A stretch of DNA of 64,000 nucleotides. Origin: an uncultured Actinomycetes bacterium. Lineage in GTDB: Bacteria; Actinomycetota; Acidimicrobiia; IMCC26256; DASPTH01. Both the position numbers and the translations under genes were made by a program. Below the pieces are notes generated by a model. That model was not told the origin of the DNA and did no database searches. It saw only the letters and a program-made list of their open reading frames with translations. The stretch spans positions 1,036,209-1,100,208 of the forward strand of contig CAVRZT010000001.1 in the NCBI GenBank assembly GCA_963725775.1, in the 5' to 3' direction. This document shows positions 54,565 through 63,186 of this stretch, in pieces; position 1 is the first letter of the stretch; every line of letters begins with the position of its first letter.

Positions 54565-56193
54565 GTGGACGGTGGCGACTTCGCCGCGTGGCGCGAGGCC
54601 TACGAACGGGCGTCGCTGCGCGACGACGACTTCGAGACGATGTCGGGGGTCCCGCTCGACGCGGTGTACGGCGACGCTCCGTACCCGGGCCAGTTCCCGT
54701 ACACCCGGGGGATCTTCCCCTCCATGTACCGGTCGCGGCTCTGGACCATGCGCATGTTCGCCGGGTTCGGCACCGCCGAGGACACGAACGCACGATTCCA
54801 GGACCTCTTGCGTTCGGGCGGCACCGGGTTGTCGACGGCGTTCGACATGCCGACGTTGATGGGCCGCGACTCCGACGACGAGTGGTCGGTGGGCGAGGTC
54901 GGCCGGGCCGGCGTGGCGATCGACACCGTTGCCGACATGCACGACCTGTTCGCCGACATCGACCTCGCCGCGGTGAGCACGTCGATGACGGTGAACGGCC
55001 CGGCCGCGATCCTGCTGGCGATGTACGTGGCGACGGCCGAAGACCAGGGCGTCGAGCGGTCGCAGCTCTCGGGGACGCTGCAGAACGACATCCTGAAGGA
55101 GTACCAGGCGCAGAAGGAGTACATCTTCCCGCCGCGCCCGTCGATGCGGCTGGTCAGCGACACCGTGCGCTTCGCCACCGCGGAGATGCCGCGCTGGCAT
55201 CCGCTCTCCGTCTCCGGGTACCACATCCGCGAGGCGGGCTCGACCGCGGCGCAGGAGTTGGCGTTCACACTCGCCAACGGGTTCGCCTACGTCGAAGCGG
55301 CGATGGCGGTCGGGCTCGCGGTCGACGACTTCGCGCCGCGGCTGAGCTTCTTCTTCAACGCGCACATCGACTTCTTCGAGGAGATCGGCAAGTTCCGCGC
55401 CGCGCGCCGCATCTGGGCGCGGTGGATGCGCGACCGCTACGGCGCGTCCGACGAGCGCTCGATGACGTGCCGGTTCCACACGCAGACGGCCGGCGTGTCG
55501 CTCACCGCGCAGCAACCCGAGATCAACATCGCGCGGGTCGCCATCGAAGCCCTGGCCGGGGTGCTGGGCGGGACGCAGAGTCTCCACACCGACAGCTACG
55601 ACGAAGCCTTGGCGTTGCCATCCGATCGCGCGGCGCGCATCGCGCTGCGGACCCAGCAGATCGTGGCGCACGAGACCGGGGTCGCCGCGGTGGCCGATCC
55701 GCTCGGCGGGGCGCCGTTCGTCGAGTGGATGACCGACGAGCTCGAGCGGCAGGCCGAGGCGATCTTCGCCCACCTCGACGGTCTCGGGGGCGGTTCGATG
55801 CTCGAAGGGGTCTACGAGGGCATCGAGAACGGGTACTTCGTGAACGAGATCGCCGACGCGTCGTACCGTTTCGAGCGCCGGGTGAACGCCGGGCGCCGGA
55901 TCGTCGTCGGGGTCAACGACTTCACCGAGGGCGACGACCACTCGGGTGACCTTCTCCGCATCGGCCCCGAGACCGAGGACACGCAGCTGAAGCGGCTCGC
56001 CGAGGTGAAGCGCCACCGCGACGACGACCGCGTGCGTGCCGCACTCGAGGCGGTGGCGCTCGACGCCGCCGAAGCGACCACCAACCTGATGCCCGTGATC
56101 ATCGACGCCACCCGCGCGATGGCGACCGAGGGTGAGATCGTCCACGCGCTCGAGCGTGAGTTCGGTACCTACACCGAACGCGCGCCGTCGTGA
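54565..56193 (+). CDS. B12-dependent acyl-CoA mutase large subunit, ICM/HCM-like
   Basis: WTMRMFAGF, STAFDMPTLMG, QNDILKEYQAQKEY, SGYHIREAG, RFHTQTAG, LHTDSYDEA; intact ORF. Confidence 0.95.
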   Translation: MDGGDFAAWREAYERASLRDDDFETMSGVPLDAVYGDAPYPGQFPYTRGIFPSMYRSRLWTMRMFAGFGTAEDTNARFQDLLRSGGTGLSTAFDMPTLMGRDSDDEWSVGEVGRAGVAIDTVADMHDLFADIDLAAVSTSMTVNGPAAILLAMYVATAEDQGVERSQLSGTLQNDILKEYQAQKEYIFPPRPSMRLVSDTVRFATAEMPRWHPLSVSGYHIREAGSTAAQELAFTLANGFAYVEAAMAVGLAVDDFAPRLSFFFNAHIDFFEEIGKFRAARRIWARWMRDRYGASDERSMTCRFHTQTAGVSLTAQQPEINIARVAIEALAGVLGGTQSLHTDSYDEALALPSDRAARIALRTQQIVAHETGVAAVADPLGGAPFVEWMTDELERQAEAIFAHLDGLGGGSMLEGVYEGIENGYFVNEIADASYRFERRVNAGRRIVVGVNDFTEGDDHSGDLLRIGPETEDTQLKRLAEVKRHRDDDRVRAALEAVALDAAEATTNLMPVIIDATRAMATEGEIVHALEREFGTYTERAPS

Positions 56194-56594
56194 CCGACGA
56201 ACGCCCGATCCGGATCGTCCTGGCCAAGCTCGGCCTCGACGGGCACGACCGAGGGCTGCGCATCGTGGGCCGCATGCTGCGTGACGCGGGCATGGAGGTC
56301 ATCCAGCTCGGTCTGCGCCAGACCACCGACACGATCGTGGCGGCCGCGCGCGACGAAGATGCCGACGCGGTCGGGCTCTCGATGCACAACGCCGGCCACC
56401 TCACGCTCGCGCCCCGCATGCTGGCGGCCATGCGCGACGCCGACCTCGACATCCCTCTGGTGATCGGCGGCATCATCCCCGCGCAGGACGTCGACGCCCT
56501 GCGCGCGCAGGGTGTCGCGGCGATCCTCGGGCCGGGCGCCTCGACCGAGAGCGTGGTGGGGACCATCCGTGCGGTCGTCGGCCGCGCGCCCTGA
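56190..56594 (+). CDS. Cobalamin-binding small subunit
   Basis: [23 protein letters not shown]. Confidence 0.95.
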   Translation: MTDERPIRIVLAKLGLDGHDRGLRIVGRMLRDAGMEVIQLGLRQTTDTIVAAARDEDADAVGLSMHNAGHLTLAPRMLAAMRDADLDIPLVIGGIIPAQDVDALRAQGVAAILGPGASTESVVGTIRAVVGRAP

Positions 56595-56651
56595 TCGGCG
56601 AAAGCTGTCGCGAGGGCGCTCGTACGCACGATCGTGATCTCTGGGGATCGC

Positions 56652-56709
56652 AGCGTCCCGACCTGGCCAAGGTCGGGGGTCGCGGGTTCGAATCCTCTCG
56701 TCTGCTGCA
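56652..56709 (+). pseudogene. Degenerate 3' portion of tRNA-Gly(GCC)
   Basis: Anticodon arm GACC-TGGCCAA-GGTC, GGTCGCGGGTTCGAATC T-arm and acceptor-like TCGTCTGCTGCA; no D-arm or 5' end. Confidence 0.7.
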
Positions 56710-56741
56710 CTCTCGTCTGCTGCACACTCTCGTCTGCTGCA
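56695..56741 (+). repeat. Three tandem copies of CTCTCGTCTGCTGCA
   Basis: Copies start at 56695, 56710 and 56727. Confidence 0.9.
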
Positions 56742-56777
56742 CGAGAATCGGTCCCCGACAGACTTTCACGAACACTC

Positions 56778-57200
56778 TCACGACCCGCCCGGCTCCGAAT
56801 CCGGCGCGAAGAGCGGCACGTAGACCTCGCCGTGCTGCTCGAAGACGACACGGACCGGCATGGCGATGCGAACCGCCTCCGGGGGACAGCCGACGACGTT
56901 GGTGGTGAATCGCAGACCCTTCTGATCGCGCAGCTCGACGATGGAGATGTTGTACGGCAGAGGCACCGCAGGGTTGTAGGGGTGAGCGTTGGTCGTGTAC
57001 GTGAACACAGTGCCTCGACCACTCGTCGTCTCGTACTCGGTGGTGCTCCCGCAGTCAGGGCAGCTCCGCGACAGCGGAAATGTCCAGTGGCGACACGCCG
57101 TGCACCTGGTGATGCGCAGCTCTCCGCGCTCGCCCGCGGTCCAGAACTCGCGGTTGAGGGCATCGAGCGTCGGGACGATGCGGGCAACGGGCTCGGTCAT
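56778..57200 (-). CDS. DUF35 Zn-ribbon/OB-fold protein
   Basis: FW...GELRITRCTAC...CPDC, SGRGTVFTYT. Confidence 0.92.
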   Translation of the reverse strand: MTEPVARIVPTLDALNREFWTAGERGELRITRCTACRHWTFPLSRSCPDCGSTTEYETTSGRGTVFTYTTNAHPYNPAVPLPYNISIVELRDQKGLRFTTNVVGCPPEAVRIAMPVRVVFEQHGEVYVPLFAPDSEPGGS

Positions 57201-57223
57201 GAGCGCGGCGGTACCTTTCGTGC

Positions 57224-58426
57224 ATGAGCGAAATCATCGAGCGGGGCGCGATCATCTCGGGGATCGGGATCTCGCGCATCGGTCGCAAGACGGGGATCGA
57301 GGGTCTCGACCTCACGGCCGAGTCGGCGACCGCGGCGATCGCGGATGCCGGCCTGCGTCCCGCCGACATCGATGGCATCGCCACCATGGGTGACACGCCG
57401 GTCGCGCAGGCCGCCGCCCGACTCCGGATCGAAGCCGGGTGGGTCAGCGGCGCGGTCGGGACGTGGGGATTGCTCAGCCCGGTGGTGAACGCGTTCCATG
57501 CCGTGGCGTCGGGCCAGGCGCGTCACGTGCTGGTGTACCGGACGGTGAACATGATGGGCGGGTCGGTGTTCCCCGGCGCGCAGCCCGGGCCCCGCGCGCC
57601 GCGCCCGGCGTCGGACGTGGACACGCCCGACGAGCCGCCTCCCGAACCGGTGGAAGAGCGCGACGCACCCATGAGCGATGTCCCGCGGCTCCTCACGGCG
57701 CACGCGTACTCGGCGGTGAACTGGCTGGCGCTGCACGCGCGGCGTCACATGCACCTCTACGGGACGACGAAGGAACAACTCGGCTGGTTGGCCATCAACA
57801 GCCGTCGGAACGCGGCAGCCAACCCTCGGGCGGCGTACCAGTCGCCGATGACGATGGACGACTACCTCGGCGCTCGCATGATCTCCGATCCGTTCGGCCT
57901 GCTGGATTGCGATGTTCCGGTCGACGGTTCGGTCGCGTTCGTCGTATCGGCGGCCGAGCTTGCGGACGACTGCGACCATGTCGTCAGGGTCGAAGCCTGC
58001 GGCGGGTCGCGGGGGAGCGGCGGATGGGACCAACGACCGGACTTCCCGAAGATGGCGTCGGCCGACGCCGCCGCCGAGCTGTGGTCGCGCACCGACCTCG
58101 CGCCCAGTGACGTGGATGTCGCGGAGCTGTACGACGGGTTCACCTTCCTCACCTTCGCATGGCTCGAAGCGCTTGGGTTCTGTGGCGACGGCGAGGCCGG
58201 GCCCTTCGTGGAAACCGCGTCGCGCATCGCGCTCGATGGCGAGCTGCCGCTGAACACCTACGGGGGCCAGCTCTCGGCCGGCCGCATGCACGGATACTGG
58301 GTGTTGCACGAAGCGTGTCTGCAGCTGCGCGGCCAGGCCGGCGACCGCCAGGTCGACCGACACGATGTCGCGGTGGTATCGAACGGAGGCGGTCCGATCG
58401 CGGGGTGCATGCTCCTGACACGCTGA
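57224..58426 (+). CDS. SCP2-type thiolase-like protein (Ltp2/aldolase-like)
   Basis: DCDVPVDGS, ELYDGFT, NTYGGQLSAGRMHG. Confidence 0.9.
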   Translation: MSEIIERGAIISGIGISRIGRKTGIEGLDLTAESATAAIADAGLRPADIDGIATMGDTPVAQAAARLRIEAGWVSGAVGTWGLLSPVVNAFHAVASGQARHVLVYRTVNMMGGSVFPGAQPGPRAPRPASDVDTPDEPPPEPVEERDAPMSDVPRLLTAHAYSAVNWLALHARRHMHLYGTTKEQLGWLAINSRRNAAANPRAAYQSPMTMDDYLGARMISDPFGLLDCDVPVDGSVAFVVSAAELADDCDHVVRVEACGGSRGSGGWDQRPDFPKMASADAAAELWSRTDLAPSDVDVAELYDGFTFLTFAWLEALGFCGDGEAGPFVETASRIALDGELPLNTYGGQLSAGRMHGYWVLHEACLQLRGQAGDRQVDRHDVAVVSNGGGPIAGCMLLTR

Positions 58427-58490
58427 TACCGCCCGGTCAGCGATGGTGTGGTGCCCTCGACGGAACACAGGCGCCAGGCACGCCGGACCT

Positions 58491-60833
58491 TCAGACAACG
58501 CGCGACTCTTCGTCCGTGCCGACAGGCACTTCGAGGACGCCGCCACGAATGAGGGCATCGATGTCCGTGGGGTCCAGGTCCAGCAACCCGGCGGCGAGGT
58601 CGCGCGTGTGCTCGCCCTGGCGGGGGGCCGGTTCGGGAGGGGCCACGGCGAGGTGTTCGGCGCGGAAGCACTGTCCCTCGACGAACAACGGCTCCCAATC
58701 AGGTTGGAGGATCACCTGCACGAAGTCGTGCGCCTGCAGATGCGGGTCCTGCAACAGCTCGAATGGGGTTGCGACCCGGGCAGCAGGGACGCCGACCGAC
58801 TGCAGGCGCTGCATGACCGTGGATGCGGTCATGGTGGAGGTTGACGACGCGATCAGCTCGTCGAGGACGTCCGCGTGGCCGTGACGACCGACCGAGGTTG
58901 CGAACCGTTCGTCGAGCCCCCATTCCGGGTTGCCGAGCGCCTGCACCAGCGCCGACCACTCGGCGTCGTTGCGTACCGTGATTGCGCACCAGGTGTCGTC
59001 GTCGGTACACGGATAGATACCCGCGGGGTTTCCGCCGTCGCCGCGGTTCCCGCGGGCGTCGACCGAGCCGGGCTCCAGGCTCTCCTGGAGGACCAGCTCG
59101 GCAAGGTGGTTCACGACCGCGTCGACCTGGGACACGCGGATGTGGCGACCGCCACCGGCACCGAGGCACGCGAGCACCGCGAGTGCGGCGAGCCGCGCGG
59201 TGAACTGGTCGGGGAAGAAGATCGGGTTCTCCGCGAAGTCGGCGACGGTCCCGGGATAGCGCCACAGCCAGGTCTGACCACCGAGGCTGCGGGCGTGGGA
59301 ACCGAACCCGCGCCAGTCGCCCCAAGGTCCATGTCCGCCGAAGAGCTGGCTGCTCACGACGATCAGTTCGGGGTTGGCGGCACGCATCTCGTCGACGCCG
59401 AGCCCGAGGCCGTCGAGCGCACCGGGCCCGAGGTTCTCGATCACGATGTCGCTGTGCTCGATCAGCTCGAGCACGAAGCGGCGCCCGGCGTCGGACGTGA
59501 GGTCCACACCGAAGCTCAGCTTGCCCCGATTGATGCTGACGAACTGCGACGACATGTTGGCGTCGCCGCCGAAGACCCGGCTCTGGTCGGGGAAGGCGCC
59601 GCTCTCGATGCGGATCACCTCGGCGCCGTGGTCCCGGAGCAGCTTGCCGGTCTCGGGGCCGGCCATCAGCTGCGTGAACTCGAGCACTCGCACACCGCTC
59701 AACGGCAGCTGCCCCGCACCCGCCGGGGGCCGGACCTCGAAGCGCGGGCCGCCGAATGGCGCGACGGCCGCGTCGAGCGCCGCGCGCACCTCCGCGGTGT
59801 CGGCACCCATCGGGGAAGCGGGGCGCCGAAAGCCGACGCGACGGTCGTCGAACTGCCAGTACCCAGCGGGAACGAGCCCTGTTCTCCCCTCGACCGTGGT
59901 CTCGACGAACGTGCCTCGCTCGCGAAGGGGTTCGCTCGTCAGGAGCTGCTCGGGTGACATCACCGGCGCGACCGGAACCCCGCGACGCTGGGCCTCCGCG
60001 CAAATCTCCTCGGTGGTGGTCTCCGCAAAGAGCGGCGCGTAGATGGACGCCATGACGTCAGGCTGCATGAGCCGGCCGCCGTAGGTGTCGAGCGCGTCGT
60101 CGTGCAGCTCGGCGGGATCGCCGACCCACACCCGGAGCGCGACCCATTGGCGGTGGCTGACCACCAGCGGTCGCACCAAGCCGTCGCGGGTGGGGAACGC
60201 AGGATGACCGGGCGCGACCATTCCTCGGGTGTCGCCCATGACGCTGGCGCCCGGGAGTGCCGTGTCGATCGTCTGGATCATGGCCTCGTGGATCGACAGA
60301 TCGATGTGGTCGCCCGTGCCGATGAGCGCCCGGTTCCACAGCGCCACCAGCGCGAGATAGGCGCCCATCGCGGACGCGACCTCGAACGCCGGTTGGCCCG
60401 GCGGCAGGAGCGGCGGACGACCGGGAAGTCGGCACGCCGCCAGCTGGCCGGCGAGCGCGTACACGATCGCGTGCGTCGCCTCGAAGGACGAGTACGGACC
60501 GGTCGCGCCGAACGGGCTCGTCGAGACCACCACCAGCTGCGGGTGCTCGTGTCGGACCGGCGCGACCTCGACGCCATGGCGTCCTGAATCGAACCAGATG
60601 TCCGCGTGCGCGAGCAACGCGCGCAGCTGCTCGGGGCTGTCACACAGGACCGATCGCTTGTTGGCGTGGTGAGTGGCGGAGAGCGCATCGAGCGGCTTCG
60701 CGGTGTGTTCGACGCGGATGACGTCGGCGCCCAGGTCCGCCAGCAGTCGCGCACTCGACCACGACGGCGAGTCGCTGGTGTCGACGACACGGAGACCGGC
60801 GAGCGGGAGCCCGACCTCGCGGTCATCGCTCAC
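58491..60833 (-). CDS. Two-domain fused CaiB/BaiF CoA transferase
   Basis: Two PLxGxRV..LADLGA/HGAEVIRIE repeats in one ~780-aa ORF. Confidence 0.9.
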   Translation of the reverse strand: MSDDREVGLPLAGLRVVDTSDSPSWSSARLLADLGADVIRVEHTAKPLDALSATHHANKRSVLCDSPEQLRALLAHADIWFDSGRHGVEVAPVRHEHPQLVVVSTSPFGATGPYSSFEATHAIVYALAGQLAACRLPGRPPLLPPGQPAFEVASAMGAYLALVALWNRALIGTGDHIDLSIHEAMIQTIDTALPGASVMGDTRGMVAPGHPAFPTRDGLVRPLVVSHRQWVALRVWVGDPAELHDDALDTYGGRLMQPDVMASIYAPLFAETTTEEICAEAQRRGVPVAPVMSPEQLLTSEPLRERGTFVETTVEGRTGLVPAGYWQFDDRRVGFRRPASPMGADTAEVRAALDAAVAPFGGPRFEVRPPAGAGQLPLSGVRVLEFTQLMAGPETGKLLRDHGAEVIRIESGAFPDQSRVFGGDANMSSQFVSINRGKLSFGVDLTSDAGRRFVLELIEHSDIVIENLGPGALDGLGLGVDEMRAANPELIVVSSQLFGGHGPWGDWRGFGSHARSLGGQTWLWRYPGTVADFAENPIFFPDQFTARLAALAVLACLGAGGGRHIRVSQVDAVVNHLAELVLQESLEPGSVDARGNRGDGGNPAGIYPCTDDDTWCAITVRNDAEWSALVQALGNPEWGLDERFATSVGRHGHADVLDELIASSTSTMTASTVMQRLQSVGVPAARVATPFELLQDPHLQAHDFVQVILQPDWEPLFVEGQCFRAEHLAVAPPEPAPRQGEHTRDLAAGLLDLDPTDIDALIRGGVLEVPVGTDEESRVV

Positions 60834-60898
60834 GACGACCGTCCGTTGCGGCGAGGCGAGACCTTCCCCACGTCCACGCCGTGCAACGTATCCCGGAG

Positions 60899-60913
60899 TG
60901 GCACGGTGTGCCA
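60899..60913. promoter_or_regulatory. Inverted repeat, candidate operator
   Basis: TGGCAC-GGT-GTGCCA in the divergent CoA-transferase/P450 gap. Confidence 0.5.
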
Positions 60914-61029
60914 AAGTATCGCCATGGCGAATCAACACTCCGACGGGTGGGGCTGCGGCCTCTTGGCGTTCGAGGAAGCATGAGGGCAGCGGTCATCACC
61001 TCGCCGTCACCGACCTGTCCGAGCCGGTC

Positions 61030-62229
61030 ATGTTCTCGGACCCGTTTCCACGGTACGCGCAATTGCGGTCGACCGCACCACGGTCGCGAGTGAAGTCCCG
61101 GCAACTCGTCCGCGGTGGCGGTGGATACCTGCTCACCCGCTATGACGACGTGCTGACGGTGCACACCGACAAGCGGTTCTCGAGCGACATCGTGAAGAAC
61201 AGCCGTTCCGGCGCGATGATCAAGTACCTCCCGCGCATGTTGCGTCTCCTGACCGACAGCATGGTGTTCAAGGACGACCCCGATCACAAGCGACTGCGCG
61301 GTCTCGTCAGCAGGGCGTTCACGCCGAAGATGGTCGAGCAGATGACGGCCGATGTGGAGACGGTCGTCGAGCGCCTGCTCGATGATCTTGCTGCCAAGGG
61401 GCGCGTGGATCTGGTCGACGAGTTCGCCACACCGCTGCCGTTGGCCGTGATCTCGGACATGCTGGGCGTGAGCGCGGACGATCGCGACGCGTTCCACGGG
61501 TGGGTCAAGCGGTTCGCCGAAAGCTCGAGCGCCGGCCCGGTGCAGCTGCTGGCGGCCCTTCCCACGGCGCAGCGCATGTTGCGCCTGTTCGAGCGCATCG
61601 CCGACCAGCGCCGAGACGAACCCGACGACCGTCTCATCTCGGCGCTCGTGCGGGCCAACGACGAAGGCGACCAGCTCAGCAACCAAGAGGTGCTCGCCAT
61701 GATCTTCCTCTTGCTGCTCGCCGGCCACGACACGACCGCGAACCTGATCGGCAGCGGCACACTGGCGTTGCTCGATCATCCCGACCAGTTGGCCAGGCTC
61801 CGGGAACAACCCGAGCTCATCGACCTCGCGGTCGAGGAGCTGCTGCGGTTCACCAGTCCGGTCACGTGCGGCGCGGCGCGCATCGCGTTGGAGGACGTCG
61901 ACGTCGCGGATGGGACCATCCCGAAGGGCGCGCAGGTGCTCGGGATGATCATCTCGGCGAACCGCGACGAGAGCGTGTTCACGGATCCCGAGACGCTCGA
62001 CGTGGCGCGCGATCCGAATCGGCACATCGCCTTCGCGTTCGGCGCGCACTACTGCCTGGGGAACCAGTTGGCGCGCCTCGAGGCTCGGATCGCGCTCGAC
62101 GCGCTCATCCAGCGGTTCGATCGCATCGAGTTGGCGGTGCCGCGAGCTGAGTTGCGCTACAAGTCCACGCAGTCGTTGCGTGGTCTCCGCAGCCTGCCGC
62201 TCGTGCTCCACGAGTCGAAAGCTCACTGA
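61030..62229 (+). CDS. Cytochrome P450 (true start possibly slightly upstream)
   Basis: DDPDHKRLR, AGHDTT, EELLR, ANRD, FAFGAHYCLG. Confidence 0.95.
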   Translation: MFSDPFPRYAQLRSTAPRSRVKSRQLVRGGGGYLLTRYDDVLTVHTDKRFSSDIVKNSRSGAMIKYLPRMLRLLTDSMVFKDDPDHKRLRGLVSRAFTPKMVEQMTADVETVVERLLDDLAAKGRVDLVDEFATPLPLAVISDMLGVSADDRDAFHGWVKRFAESSSAGPVQLLAALPTAQRMLRLFERIADQRRDEPDDRLISALVRANDEGDQLSNQEVLAMIFLLLLAGHDTTANLIGSGTLALLDHPDQLARLREQPELIDLAVEELLRFTSPVTCGAARIALEDVDVADGTIPKGAQVLGMIISANRDESVFTDPETLDVARDPNRHIAFAFGAHYCLGNQLARLEARIALDALIQRFDRIELAVPRAELRYKSTQSLRGLRSLPLVLHESKAH

Positions 62230-62244
62230 GTAAAGGAACGAGCC

Positions 62245-63135
62245 GTGACATCACGTTCGAACGCACTGCCGGCGATGCTCGAGCTGGAACCGGTCGGGCC
62301 ACACTGCTACGCAGGTCGCCCCGAACACACGGGCGAACTCCGCAACGTCGTGTTCGGAGGACAGATCCTGGCGCAGATGATCATGGCCGCTCATCTCGAT
62401 CGCAGCACCGAACAGCCCAACGACAAAGAGGTGAAATCGATCCACGCGATCTTCGCCCGTGCCGGGGACTATGCGGCCCCGATCGAGTACGAGGTCGAGG
62501 CGATGCACCGCGGTCGCACGCTCGGCAGCGACACGGTCACGTTCTCACAGCACGGCAAGATCATGTCGCGGGGACTGATCCTGTGGAGTCGGGCCGAGCC
62601 CGATCTCATCCGCCACACCGCCAACGTGTCGATGCCCGTCGTTGCCCCGCCCGACGACCCGGCTGGACGGCCCGACGGGCGCGTCTTTCCCGGCGCGACC
62701 GGTCTCATCGTCGACGGGATCAACACGTGGAGTGACGACGAGCCCGTGCGCGACGCGGTGCAGAACGTCTGGACCCGCTTCGACCTCGTGTCCGACGATC
62801 CTGTCGTCCACCAGGCGGTCCTTTCTTGGGCCACCGACGGATACCTGATCGGGACCGCGATGCTTCCCCACGCGGGCTTCCACGAGGGTCAGGCGCACCG
62901 GACCATCTCCACCGGTGTGGTCTCGCACACGGTGAGTTTCCACGAGCCCTTCGACGTGTCAGCGTGGTTGTTGCTGGCACACGAGAGCGTCTGGGCAGGC
63001 CGTGGGCGTACCCATGGGCGATGCAACGTGTGGACGCGCGGCGGCCAGCTCGTTGCGACCTACACGCAGGACAATCTCGTCCGCGCGTTCGCCGACGATC
63101 AGGACCACAGCGCCGACTACCAACGCATCATGTGA
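62245..63135 (+). CDS. Acyl-CoA thioesterase II (TesB-like)
   Basis: VFGGQILAQ, SIHAIFARAG, SHTVSFH, GQLVATYTQD. Confidence 0.88.
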   Translation: MTSRSNALPAMLELEPVGPHCYAGRPEHTGELRNVVFGGQILAQMIMAAHLDRSTEQPNDKEVKSIHAIFARAGDYAAPIEYEVEAMHRGRTLGSDTVTFSQHGKIMSRGLILWSRAEPDLIRHTANVSMPVVAPPDDPAGRPDGRVFPGATGLIVDGINTWSDDEPVRDAVQNVWTRFDLVSDDPVVHQAVLSWATDGYLIGTAMLPHAGFHEGQAHRTISTGVVSHTVSFHEPFDVSAWLLLAHESVWAGRGRTHGRCNVWTRGGQLVATYTQDNLVRAFADDQDHSADYQRIM

Positions 63136-63140
63136 AGACC

Positions 63141-63175
63141 GCCTCCCACGAATTCATCAGGCATCCGTGGGGGGC
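63141..63175. terminator. Hairpin between convergent genes
   Basis: GCCTCCCACG(A)AT...AT(C)CGTGGGGGGC stem; no U-tract. Confidence 0.5.
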
Positions 63176-63186
63176 CGCCGCACTGC

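Noticed and set aside
56652-56709. Functional tRNA gene
   Set aside because: No 5' acceptor strand or D-arm, and the T-stem is mismatched.
56695-56741. CRISPR array
   Set aside because: Only three 15-bp units with 0-2 bp gaps, no spacers and no cas genes.
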